NCBI GenBank assembly: GCA_051294905.1
Contig: CM119372.1
Span: 29,886,001 to 29,950,000 of the forward strand
Direction: 5' to 3'
From: Botryllus schlosseri
Taxonomy: Eukaryota
DNA: 64,000 nucleotides
Under the pieces are notes generated by a model. That model was not told the DNA's origin. It made no database searches and was given only the letters and a program-made list of their open reading frames with translations. The translations under genes were made by a program, and so were the position numbers. This document shows, in pieces, positions 12,701 to 24,700 of the stretch (positions are counted from its first letter, which is position 1; every line of letters starts with the position of its first letter).

Positions 12701-15700
12701 CGGTCGGGGTCTTTTCTGTCGGTACGAACCGCTCTTTTCCTTGGGAATTGTCGCCCAAACATGTGGGTCCTCTTCTCCCGCAGTCATTTCCATCCAATAA
12801 GATCGAGGCAATCCATCTGACGTAAATACCTGCATCGTACCTAAATGAATTACCTCTTTTATTTGGAATCCTGCGAGATGATTGAGCCACCTCTGAATCA
12901 GGGGTTTTGGGCTTGGATTTTTTGCTTTATCCGTCATTCTTTTGAGGAGCCCAAATACCCCAGTATTATCAGTGATTATTGTAAAGGATAAGGCTCTCAA
13001 CATTGACTGCCATTTTTCAACCGAATCCTTTAAGGCTTTCAATTCCTTTGTACACGGATCATAAGCTTTTGCCGTTGGAGTCGCCCACTTCTGACTGTAA
13101 TAAGCAATTGGGTAAACCTTTTCGAAAGGTGGTTTACACCCCTTTTCCGTCTGAAAAATGATTGATCCAAACCCAATATCTGAAGCGTCTGTTTCCACAA
13201 AAATGGGAAGATTTGGGTCCAGATGGTACAAAACCTTAGCATCATCGAGGGCTGCTTGTGCTGTTTTGAAATCCTGCAGTAATTCGTTGGTCCATAGCAC
13301 AGGCGTCGCTCGTCCTTGTGTCGCAGGAACCTTACCTGTCAGCGCATCAAATTTGGCCAGCTTCAAACTTAGCTCAGGAATATGTTCCGAGATATAGCGA
13401 AGGGCACCGATCCACCCCCGCAGCTCGTATACATTATGGGGTGGTGAGAGTTCTCGTAAAGCCCTTATTATTTCGGGCTGAACCTCTATTTCTTTCCCCG
13501 TCAAGGTTGCCCCCAAAAGGTTCACCCTTCGTTTTCCAATGAAACATTTATTGATGCTAACCGTTAGTTTCATTTTGGCAAGCTGTTCAAATACCATGTG
13601 TAGCAGCAGTAAGTGGTCTTCTACAGTTTTTGTGCTGAGAAAAATATCGTCTATGTAGGCCTCCATAGGCGTTGCATTTTCCTCATCTGTCCTGCCAACT
13701 TGCTTCATGTGTTGTTGGTGTTTTTCCGTGATAGGTTTCACCACGCATTCCTGCATATTCGCGCTCCAAAGGGCTACAGCTGTTTTAAGCCCCATCGGCA
13801 TTTTACGCCATCTTACATGCATCCCTTTGATGGCTATACCCACATATTGTTTAGATCTTTCCGTTACGTCCATGTGGAAATAGGCTTTTTTCAAATCTAG
13901 GAGGGAAAGCACTTCTCTGCCTTGGGCGAGCTGCTTTACGTCTGGTACAAGAGGCGGAGGTACTTCTATTGATTTTATGGCCGCATTAAGAGGTTGAAGG
14001 TTCTGTACCACCCTTCATGCTTGCTTCCATCCGTCTTCTTGTTTCTGTCTTTCATTCATTTTCTGAGGGACAACAAAGATAGCCAATTTCCATTCGGCAA
14101 AACCTCGTTCGATAACGCCCAAGTCCAGGAAGTTGTCTACTGCTTCTTTCAATGCTTTCGCCTGGCCCTCCCCCTTCAAATTATAAGGCCCAGACACAAA
14201 TGGTTTCGTCGAAGGATCCTTAAGCTCGATGTCGCATTTGTACTTCATGGTTTGTAGAGCGCCAAGGTGGCCCCGTAGGTCCTCGAGTTCAGACGCAAAC
14301 GGTGCGTAAATGGCTTTCCAGACATCATCAGCGATAATGGTATTTTCTGGAGTCGTCAGATCAGGAGGTTTGTATGGGAGTTTGGCCAGCGCTACCGATT
14401 GTGCGCAGAGATTTTCGAGCTCCGTCTTGACGCGCGGGTGAGTGTCCTTCTGTAAAACATACGTAGTAACTGGCCCAGCCATAGGCTGGTTTGAGATTCG
14501 TGATGACCGAGTTGTCGGTGTTGGTGGAGAGAGAGTGAGGTCCTTCGATGTAGGCCTCTGATCTCGGCGCGTGCCCGCACCTACCGTCACGCCGACGGAT
14601 TCCATTTCCGCCGGGAACCCTTTTTCTGGGGAGACGTGCATCTTAAAATCCCCAGACTCCTTGTCGAACATGTCCGGACGAGTATCCAGTTGACCGGCAA
14701 TTGCTGCTTCATTTGAACCTTTTGGGAAAGTATTCATTACTGTGGCTGTCGTCATGCATCTATGGGCCGATTCATCAAGGTTATTCGGACAAGTGCATCC
14801 ACGAAGGCACTTAGGACCAGTTTTCTCGTGCAGATGCATTTTCGCCAGCGGACATTCCACTCTGGATGTCAGCTGTAACAGTCGCTATGCATCTATGGGC
14901 CGGATTTCTATCATTATCCGGACAAGTGCATCCGCGAGAGTTTTCGGGACCAGTTTTCTCGTGCAGGTCCATCTTTACGCCTGCGGGGATTCCACGCTCG
15001 ACGTCTTCATTAACGGTGTCAGCAGGCATTCCTGTCTCAACACCAATAGTTTCCCATGGGTTATGTGTGACGTTAGTTGTTAATTTCAACTCGTCGCTCG
15101 CACCAGTGGTTTTTTCCATCTCGGTACTCGCGCCAGCGGCAATTTTCCGCTCCACGCTACCTTGGTTTGCAGCATCCATCAACCCATCGTCGGTTACAGT
15201 GTAGCTAATACTGCTTCCGACTTTGGTTCCGTTCCTTTGATCACCCTGATTCTCATCAAGTAGTGATACTAATGACAACTCCTCATTTGCGTTAGACGGG
15301 GTTTTGAATTCCGTGGTTATGCCCGGTAATTGTTGGACTTCCTCAATCCATTTCAGCCCTATGATATTAAGTGGGACTCCTGATCCGGTCACAAATGGAA
15401 CGGACAACCCATCAATATTAATCTCAACGAAGGAGTCCACTTGGGACGAGCCCCCTATTCCAGTCAATTCCATGTCTATTGGTTGACGTTCTTCCCAGCT
15501 TTGTGGGTATTTAGTAACAACGACCTTTTTCATTATCAAATTGGGGATGCTCCCCGTGTCAGCTAGGAATTTCGTGCCAGTTGCTGTATCAATCAAATAC
15601 AACAATTGGCCTCCAAACAATTCCGTAAAGTCGGGCTGTAGAGGGTCATCCGGCATATCAAGAAATGTAAATAAGGGTAAAGAAGAGTTATGTACAGTTT

Positions 15701-15726
15701 TTATATGTTTAAGTATTAAATTGTCT

Positions 15727-15770
15727 GGGAGCTGATTCACCGGATCAATCAGCACCCCAAGGCGTTTTTT
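15727..15770 (-). promoter_or_regulatory. -1 programmed ribosomal frameshift signal (gag to pol)
   Basis: Slippery A_AAA_AAC (15770-15764) in the gag frame, followed about 5 nt later by stem GGGGTGCTGATT...AATCAGCTCCC; the -1 frame is the protease ORF. Confidence 0.7.
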
Positions 15771-17242
15771 GAAAGTCGTACACCTTGATTTAGTTCCTCG
15801 TCCGTCCAATATGAAGCATCATATCGACGCGGGCGATCATGATATTGAGGTTTCGCCCAGGCCACTTGGGTATTTCCCCCAGATGGACGTGCAGGTGGTC
15901 CATGAGGACCCCATTGATCCCTATCTCGATTTTTTGGCCTGGTATCATAATAGGCTTCGCACAAAGCGGTTCTTTGTGTAAACGAGGGAGAACCTTGAGA
16001 AGCAAGATATCGGTCAAGACCTTCAATTGTAAGTATGTTATTTCTTGCAAGGAACGGTTTCCAGTTTCGTTCAGCAGACTCTTTAACATGAGGGGGTACA
16101 GGTCGTGCTCGCCCACGAATTACCCACCCTAATTCCTCATCTTTGGCAAGGACCTTATCGTTTAGCCACAGTATGAATTTAGCCACGCAATTTCGGGATT
16201 GATGTCCTGGTGCCTTACAGTAATAACAGACGGACAGGGATTGTCCCTGGGTGGGATTTAGATACAAACCTAGAGGAGCGAAAATATTTGGATTTCCAAG
16301 AAAATTGTATCGCTCACCTTGACTATAAGCAATGTTGCGGGCTTCCTGGCTGCTGGACGGCGTAATTTGTGAGCTGTCTGCACCCATCCCGGAGTCTTGC
16401 GTATTCGCCATTCGCGGACTTCGGTTCGAGGTTCCCGGTCCTGGGCTAGCACGTGGAGATCATGTTATTCTCGTTGGCTGTCCGTTAGGTCTCGTTGATG
16501 CCGTACGCCCATTCTGTTGTTGTACTGGCCTGGCCCTCGAGCCTTGTCCTCGCCTACCAGGTCCATTACCGTTCACGATGCGGGTAGGGGATCGATTGGT
16601 GCGCACTGTACGTTGAAGGTTACGACGTGGTTGCGGTTCCTGGCCTGCATTGGCAAGCTGACGCGGTGAGATCCCCCTAGATGGCCCAGGAGATGTTGCC
16701 CCCCCCCCAAAGTTATTCATTGGTTGCAGGGGCGAGGGTGATTGTACCACCGGCGGTGGTGTTACGCCAGGTGAAGGAGGGGTGTTGAGCTGACTGTCCT
16801 CGCTACCATGAGTGGGATAACTCTGCATTATTTGCCCTGCAGGTTGAACATTATAAATGTGTACTGGCGGCAAGGACGGTTTTGTATCACGCCCTTCCTT
16901 TGTTTCCTGATACCTGGGGCGCGTCTCTTGTTCGTCCAGAAACTCGGAGCTCCAAACAAGTTGTAGTTCCTCCGCAACATCCCGCCATCTTTTCTCCTCT
17001 TCTCATCCTCGTAACATCAATCTAAGCGCTTCTGGTAGTCGCTGTCGTAGATTTCGGAAAAGACGTAATTCGTCAGGATTATTTTTAATTTTACTATCCA
17101 TGTCTATTTCCAGTTGCTTCAAAGCGCTATTCAGGAGAGGTAGCGGCTCATCCTCCCAGCGATAATTTCTGCGGAAATCCCCAATGATCTTTTCGTCATT
17201 TACCAAACCCTGGGGATTGGATAAGGAAAGAGATCGCATCAC
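15749..17242 (-). pseudogene. gag: gag-like protein with one CCHC zinc knuckle
   Basis: ORFs 17242-17003, 16873-16460 and 16411-15749 share one frame, separated by two TGA stops; CYYCKAPGHQSRNC; Pro/Gln/Arg-rich middle. Confidence 0.8.
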
Positions 17243-17459
17243 CGATTCCCACTCTGCTTCCCCCGAATTGGTATTAAAAAATTTCCCAGCTGGGTAGCCT
17301 GTTTGTGTCGACCAGCAGCCCTCAATTTCTTCTGTAATGCATTAGCCAAAATAACATCAGTTTCATCTATATCCTACGACGCATTTTCTCGAGTGGGATG
17401 TTATAGGAAGCAAGACGAATCATTGTAAAAGTGTTGAAACTTAATTACATATGTAATTC

Positions 17460-18620
17460 CATCACTAAAGTTGATCACGCATAGGTACGTGCTACGCTCC
17501 CGCAAACAGATTCACGCGAAGTTGGTATAGAACTGCGCTAGTTTTAAAGGTGTTACATCATGAAATGTCTGACGAAATTTGGTATGGTGCATTGTTATTA
17601 TGTCCTACAACCGCGTATCAACGTTCAAGGTGAGAATTTAATGTTTAGCGTGCTAATTCTGTTATTAAAATTGACTATGTATGGGTATATGCTATGTTCA
17701 CGAAAAACAGATATGCGTAAAAGTTGGTATTCGACTGCGATAGTTTCAAAGGTGTTCCATCATTACATGTGTGATGAAATTTAGCATGGTGAATTGCCAT
17801 AATGTCCTATAACTACGTATCAAGTTTCGAGTTGGGATTCAATGTTAAGCATGGTAATTCCGTTATTAAAGTTGGCTATGTATGGGTAGGCTACGTGCTA
17901 TACGCTCCCACAAAACATATGTACGCAAAAAGTCGATGTAGAGCCGCGTTAGTTTTAAAGTTGTTCCATCATGAAATGTGTGATGGGATTTGGTATGGTG
18001 CATTGTTATAATCTCCTATAACCGCGTACCAACTTTCAAGGTGGGAATTCAATGTTTAACACGGTAATTCTGCTATTAAAATTGACTATGTATAGGTATA
18101 TGCTATGTTCACGCAAAACAGATATGCGTAAAAGTCGGTATTCGACTGCGTTAGTTTTAAAGGTGTTCCATCATTAGATGTGTGATGAAATTTAGCATGG
18201 TGCATTGCCATAATGTTCTACAACTACGTATCAAGTTTCGAGTTGGGATTCAATGTTAAGCATGGTAATTCCGTTGTTAAAGTTAACTATGTATAGGTAC
18301 GTGCTATACGCCCCCACGCAAAACAGATGTACGCAAAAAGTCGATGTAGAACCGCGTTAGTTTTAAAGTTGTTCCATTATGAAATGCGCGAGGAAATTTG
18401 GTATGCTGCATAATCACAATGTCCTACAACTACGTACCAAGTTTCAAGGTGAGGAGTCACATATTAGCATGATAATTCTGTTATTAAATCTGACTATGTA
18501 TATGTACACGCTGCCGAAAACAGATTCAGGCAAAAGTTGCTATAGAACTGCGTTAGTTTTAAAGTTGTTCCATCATGAAATGTGTGATGAAATTTGGTAT
18601 GCAGCATAATCACAATGCCC
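17460..18620 (+). repeat. ~203-bp tandem satellite array 1
   Basis: GAAATTT(G/A)G(T/C)ATGGTGCATT-like motif recurring at ~17574, 17776, 17985, 18187, 18393, 18589. Confidence 0.9.
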
Positions 18621-19034
18621 TGGAGCTCATTTAGATACGTTTTTTTAATTTAGTTATACATTCTAGTTGTTTTGATGTTAGGAGAAAATCATTCGATAAC
18701 TCGATACAGCTACTTTAACACGCGTTGATGTAACTTTCCTCATTTGTATGCATGCATAGCCTACGCGAAATTGGTTAGCGAATTTTTCGATTAGTTTATA
18801 TTCCGTCTTTTATTTAAAACTGAAACTGTTAAGTATTACTTAAAGTGTTATAAAATGTGAAAAAGTGTACAAGTAGAATTATTATTATGTCATGAACAAG
18901 TAGTTTACAAATTCATACGATTTCTCTTGTTGCGTTCCGGGATATAATGTAATTTTTCGCTCTTTTTATTTTTTATTTTTTCAATAAAATTAGTATTCAT
19001 TTTACAAAAAACGTCGTGTAAAGATAAAGTACTT

Positions 19035-19995
19035 GCAAAATTTGACATGGTGCATTGTCATAATGTCTTACAACTGCGTACCGAGTTTCAAGGTAGGGAG
19101 TCGAATATTAACATGGTAATTCCGTTAATAAAATTGACTATGTTTAGGTACGTGCTACGCTACGGAAAAACAGATTTAGCCAAAAGTCTGTATAGAACTG
19201 CGTTGGTTTTGAAGGTGTTACATCATGAAATGTCTGACGAAATTTGGTATGGTGCATTGTTATTATGTCCTACAACTGCGTACCAACGTTCAAGGTGAGA
19301 ATTTAATGTTTAGCATGCTAATTCTGTTATTAAAATTGACTATGTATGGGTATATGCTATGTTCACGAAAAACAGATATGCGTAAAAGTCGGTATTCGAC
19401 TGCGATAGTTTCAAAGGTGTTCCATCATTAGATGTGTGATGAAATTTAGCTTGGTGCATAGCCATAATGCCCTACAACTACGTATCAAGTTTAGAGTTGG
19501 GATTCAATGCATGGTAATTCCGTTATTAAAGTTGGCTATGTATGGGTACGTGCTATACGCTCCCGCAAAACAGATGTACGCAAAAAGTTGATGTAGAATC
19601 GCGTTAGTTTTAAAGTTGTTCCATCATGAAATGTCTGATGGGATTTGGTATGGTGCATTTTTATAATGTCCTATAACCGCGTACCAACTTTCAAGATGGG
19701 AATTCAATGTTTAACACGGTAATTCTGCTATTAAAATTGACTATGTATAGGTATATGCTAAGTTCACGCAAACAGATACGCGTAAAAGTCGGTATTCGAC
19801 TGCGTTAGTTTTAAAGGTGTTCCATCATTAGATGTGTGATGAAATTTAGCATGGTGCATTGCCATAATGTCCTACATCTACGTATCAAGTTTAGAGTTGG
19901 GATTCAATGTTAAGCATGGTAATTCAGTTATTAAAGTTGACTATGTATAGGTACGTGCTATACGCTCCCGCAAAAACAGATGCACGCAAAAACCG
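19035..19995 (+). repeat. ~203-bp tandem satellite array 2
   Basis: Same unit at ~19037, 19239, 19441, 19640, 19841. Confidence 0.9.
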
Positions 19996-20084
19996 AATTT
20001 TTCGATTAGTTTATATTCCGTATTTTATTTAAAACTAAAACTGTTAAGTACTACTTAAGGTGTTATAAAATGTGAAAAAGTGCA

Positions 20085-20364
20085 AATAGCGGAGACGTTT
20101 GGAGACTGCGTTTAGGACAGTTCGATGTCGCTCGAATATTTCATCCAAAATTGAGAGTATCTGGAAAACTTTTGGATATGTGAGGTCACAAACATAATAG
20201 AGAAGATCCAGCACCATCTCAAATGGTGTCGCTTCATTGTGAGACGATCCCTTTATGCGGAAGCCATTCGCCACGATCCATGACTGCAGGTCGCCATTTT
20301 CATGGTGCGCTAGTATGAGATGTCGAGGACTCAGCTTTGTGGCCGTTAATTGGACTGAATAGGC
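20085..20364 (-). pseudogene. isolated exon fragment, possibly C-terminus of a CACTA/EnSpm-associated (SAMD3-like) ORF
   Basis: Polypyrimidine-CAG acceptor at 20365-20366, open frame containing FEMVLDLLYYVCDLTYPK (resembles the YYVFNLxYP motif). Confidence 0.3.
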
Positions 20365-20440
20365 CTGGAATTGAAAGAAATATGTTAAGTAAAATTATAT
20401 TGCCAATAATCCATGTGCGAATTGAAAGCACAATATTTGG

Positions 20441-20850
20441 CAATGAAAAATAGCAAATTTGCTCTCTCAAGCATTGGCCATCGTTTTGTTTTTGAAAGAT
20501 GTCGCAATGTGGGTATAATATTTTCTAAAACTCAAACTAGGACGAAATCATGAATGTGTGGGACTTATGATAAACATATATTGTGCGCATACAAATTTGT
20601 TACAAGAACTATGATATTACTGTATTTGCACGAATTACAAATGCGCTATCGTAAATTAGTATATGCTACACAATTTCGCGGTCCAGAATGACTTATGGCC
20701 ATGAAAAAATAGCGAAAAATTTGAATCCAAAAAATCCTAATCCCCATAAGACGTACTGGGTGTGGGGTTCGAACCCACGTGAACACCTGTTCATTGAAGC
20801 TTAAGTTCAACGCCTTAACCACTCGACCAACCCAGTTCCATTGTAACGAT
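20441..20850 (+). repeat. duplicated block containing tRNA-Leu (partner at ~27685-28108)
   Basis: Shared CAATGAAAAATAGCAAA...AAACTCAAACTAGGACGAAATCATGAATG...CCCAGTTCCATTGTAACGAT. Confidence 0.75.
20754..20836 (-). tRNA. trnL-UAA: tRNA-Leu(UAA)
   Basis: Full cloverleaf: acceptor ACTGGGT/ACCCAGT+A, anticodon arm TTGAA-CTTAAGC-TTCAA, long variable arm GAACA/TGTTC, T arm GTGGG-TTCGAAC-CCCAC; T6 run ~20 nt downstream. Confidence 0.92.
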
Positions 20851-20964
20851 TTTTCGAATCGTGGGTATAAATAATTTTTAAAAAACCCAAATATGCCGCA
20901 TCCAAACTTCGTACATTTTTTAGATTAGTTTTTTCGTTTCTATATGCTTTAAAAGACTCATTCA

Positions 20965-21014
20965 GACCTCGAACCTACGTGAACACTTGTTCATTTGAAC
21001 TTAAGTCCAACGCC
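20965..21014 (-). pseudogene. partial tRNA-Leu(UAA) copy
   Basis: TCGAACCTACGTGAACACTTGTTCATTTGAACTTAAGTCCAACGCC matches the middle of the tRNA at 20754. Confidence 0.7.
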
Positions 21015-21124
21015 AAAAGCTCTACTTTACAAAATTTTCGGAGTACCGACTTTTTTTGGGTAAATTCTGTGATGCGCTTAATTACTAACTATGAAAGCAA
21101 GCAGTGTTTGGGGTATTTGATCAA

Positions 21125-21372
21125 CATGGAAATTCGTCCACTTTGCTTTTAGGTTATGCTGAAAACATGAGTTACTTAACAACATTTCGACTCATAGGTG
21201 TGGATAATTTAAAGTACATAGTATTAAAGTCATTAATGCATCGGTCGCATGGAAATTCGTCCACTTTGCTTTTAGGTTATGCTGAAAACATGAGTTACTT
21301 AACAACATTTCGACTCATAGGTGTGGATAATTTAAAGTACATAGTATTAAAGTCATTAATGCATCGGTCGCA
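21125..21372 (+). repeat. perfect 123-bp tandem duplication
   Basis: CATGGAAATTCGTCCAC... begins at 21125 and 21248; explains the repeated peptide in ORF 21104-21478. Confidence 0.9.
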
Positions 21373-21416
21373 AATAAATCATCAGTTGCACTGCAAGTTG
21401 AACATAAGTCGTACGG

Positions 21417-21704
21417 ATGGCACTAAAAATAACTGTGTATCGTTTTGCACGCACACATACTGCGGTGTTGCGATATAGTCCTGATACGATTGTCCAAGTT
21501 CTGAAAGCTGGAAAAGATACTCTCATATTATTTGATTGCGATTTCAATCCCACAGAATCTCAAGTTATTCGTACTCAATGGAATGGTACCTCTATCATAG
21601 ATGTAGAGGGAAAAGAGATCTTCCGATTTGTTGGTATCGTTAATATTCAACGCAAATCGGGCTTCATGATTGTGCGGGGGATCCCATTGTTGAATTTGAA
21701 TTGA
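21417..21704 (+). CDS. 95-aa orphan protein, family A copy 1
   Basis: Intact ATG ORF, near-identical to 29760-30047 and gaplessly alignable with 41716-41441. Confidence 0.65.
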   Translation: MALKITVYRFARTHTAVLRYSPDTIVQVLKAGKDTLILFDCDFNPTESQVIRTQWNGTSIIDVEGKEIFRFVGIVNIQRKSGFMIVRGIPLLNLN

Positions 21705-24700
21705 TCAGCGTGTCGCTGTACATGATGCACTATATCGAAAGCATTAATGCTAGTTGAATATTGTCGAATGGTTGTCTGTAATGTTAGTTGCATACAAGAG
21801 TCTCGGTGATCTAAGCTCAAGATTTACGTACGCATGGTTGATTTGTTTCCATAGCCCCGACATTGGGGATCACTTGTATGGGTCTAAAGAAAATAAGTCG
21901 TAAAATGTGTAAACTGTAGAAAGCGTAACTGCGAAGTTTAGATTAATGAAAAATATAGTGATTGAAAATAGATCACCGGATTATAGTTTACAGAAAACTC
22001 CACAATTCTATGTGACGTCCTTACATGCTAACAACCTTCGAACTATTCGCCGCCTCATAAACACTTGAGTAGGCCTACATTTAATGCGTGTGGAGAAAAC
22101 CTAGCTAAATTTTCATATGCATTTAGTTTCCAGCTCTGAAAGCAAGCTTGGTCCATGATCAATAGCAACTTTTGCGTAAACTCCGCTCTATTTCACTTCA
22201 TACCTACACAAGTCTATTCGAATAATTCGATGTATAATTGAACTTTACTCTGCATGATCATTAGGGCTTCTATTTTTTGTTGCAGGGCAACTTTGTTGTA
22301 GCCGAAAGTGGTATTATCTAGCAACAAGGTTTAAATGACTCGCCTCCGGCGTTTATTGACCGTATTAGCCGTATTCTCGTCATGCAAAAATTATGCATGT
22401 ATTAGTACGAAGCTCAGATGCAGCAAAGTGTGTGAGACTGCCTGTGCGTTGTTGTTCCTAATCCCGACCTTCCGCTCGTATCGTATATACTACAAGCCAG
22501 TGATCGCTACATCAACAAGAATCGAGCGAAAGCGCTGTTTCACGCCGTCTTGCATCGGTCACGATTAGTTTTACTTTTCAACTAACTTGTTGTCTGTCGT
22601 TATATTCATTAGACTCGCTTTCATGCGGCTAATTTGTCCCTATCATTATAACGTCGGTGATCGCGTACCTGCGGCAAAGGTGTTCGTTTAATTATAGCAA
22701 CGAGAACCGGCTCCCTGCGGCTATTCCGTTGGCATTTTAGTGGCGAGTTAAATACCCTTATACTCGACATGCAAACATTATACAGGTAGCGGTTATACTG
22801 CGAGCTGATGAATTCGTCATCTATTCGCCTAGCGTAGTTGTTCATAATCCCGACCTTCCGCTCGTATCGTATATACTACAAGCCAGTGATCGCTACATCA
22901 AACAAAACGGTCAGATCGAACGCAAGAACTCGGATCGCAGTGTCGGACGCCAGCAAAGCGGTGTACCTCGAAACATCAACCGATCTGGAGGATTTCAGCT
23001 AGTGAATCGACGCAATAACGATCAACGATATCATTGATATGCTCTTTTTTCGAAATAAAATGAACTCGTACACTAAACAATGCTATTTCAAGGAGACTGA
23101 GTAAAGTGCCAATGTAAGTTTTGAGCGCGCGGGAATGTTTTTATGCCTATACAACTAAACGAATACCCATCGGCCTGCTTACTACATTTTAAAGATTCTC
23201 TTCACTATTGTGTATACAAGAATATACTTCTCTTAGTAAGCAATTTCTCGTGAATTCCGAAGCACATTGACGCGTGTTAACTTCTATATTAGGTGATAGT
23301 ATCATTTTCATGTCTGATAATGTTACTTGTCAAGGTGATACAATCGTAAGCTCAAACTACTTTAAAATTTAAAGTCTTACCAAATTTTATCTAAAACTGT
23401 CGAGTACCGATAAAGTACTCTAAAACCTAGTCACTTTTTACGTGGAGGGAGAACATAGCGAAGTACTTGTACATGTTGCAGTAGGCCTACTCAAGTATAG
23501 GTTTGGCCTGCTTGCGCTATACTTAATGAAGTGATTACCTATTTACACTGCATCTACTTCGATTTCAGAGTTTTTCGCTTTTTCCAGCAAACTTTACCTT
23601 CAATACTTACTTTTCAACTAACTGGGAAATCATTACTTCTTGTACTTTAGTAGGACTTTACTGCTACAATGTACTTTTTTCAGTGGACCAGCGGTCTTGG
23701 TGAGTGTTGTCAGTTTCATCTATATCCTACGAAAAGCTACTTGAGTACTTCACGGGTTCGTATCATCGCAAATAATATATTCTAAACATGTTTAGATAGC
23801 GAGGAGTTGTAATTATAGGTGAAAGGGATAAATTTTATCTAAAACTGAAACTGTAAAGTACCGATAAAGTGGTCTAGAGTATTTTTTATGTTTATTCAAC
23901 TCAACGAATATCTTCATTTGGCCTGCTTACTACATTTTAAAGATTTTCTACGCTAGAAAAATCGCTGTAACATGATAAGTATATTATAATTAATCTTATC
24001 AGCGCGGCATAGTACATTCGAGTAAATTCATTAAATTAGCTTATGTTTATGAAATTATTTGGTTTCTGAATTCTATCTAAACTGAAACCGACGAGTATCG
24101 GTAAAAGCACTTATTACGTGCAGGGAGGCGATAGCGAAGTACTCGTGCATTTTGTACTACTCAAGTATAGGTTTTATCTGCTTGCGCTAAACTTAATCAA
24201 GTGATTAACTATTTACACTGCATCTACTTCTATTTCAGAGTATTCGGTTTTCAGCTAAACTATACCTGCAATACTTTTTAACTCACTCAGAAATCATCAC
24301 GTCTTGAACTTTACTAGAAATTTACTGCTACTAAATGTTGAAACGTACTGTTTTCAGCGGTCTTGATGAGTGGTGCTAGTTTCATCTATATCCTACGACG
24401 CATTTTCGCGCTGCAGAATGACTTATCGCAATAAAAATAACAAAAATACTTCGAGAATTTGCGAACTCTCACTGCGCAATATTTGAGTTTACGAAGTAAC
24501 CTTCAAAGTGAGCCTACATCTTGGATGTTATCCAAAACCACATACAATTTCGCTTCGAATGAGGTATCCTTTAAAATAAGGTAGAAGTAGTCATTTCCGA
24601 GTAAGTAAAACGTTAGTACTCTAGGTATATTACTGTTTAATACTCTAGCTATCATGAAGTTGATGTACTCCAATATCATAAGGACTTGAGACTATGTGCT

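Larger units (their letters stand above)
12203..15770 (-). pseudogene. pol: pol polyprotein: aspartic protease, Cys/His repeat spacer, RT, RNase H, Tpt1/KptA-like domain
   Basis: FLADTGSIPN; LLDLKKAYFH, MPMGL, YIDDI; VETDASDIGFG, KELKAL, TDN, QRW; one frameshift near 14860 and an in-frame TGA at 14015 in QA*RVV (probably Trp). Confidence 0.9.
12203..17340 (-). mobile_element. Gypsy/Metaviridae-like retroelement gag-PR-RT-RH-Tpt1; no integrase or LTR seen; 5' end truncated
   Basis: Ordered CCHC knuckle, DTGS protease, RT and RNase H motifs, then a Tpt1-like domain; the 5' end abuts a dispersed repeat at ~17355 (also seen at ~23710 and ~24380). Confidence 0.85.

Noticed and set aside
12365..16616. 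Plus-strand ORFs antisense to the retroelement gag/pol
   Set aside because: Shadow frames of the coding strand without independent motifs
17560..19431. Short ORFs within the satellite arrays (also 26848-27322)
   Set aside because: Translations of a non-coding tandem repeat, with frames varying between units
21104..21478. 124-aa ORF with an internal repeat
   Set aside because: Product of the 123-bp tandem duplication; overlaps the better-supported ORF at 21417
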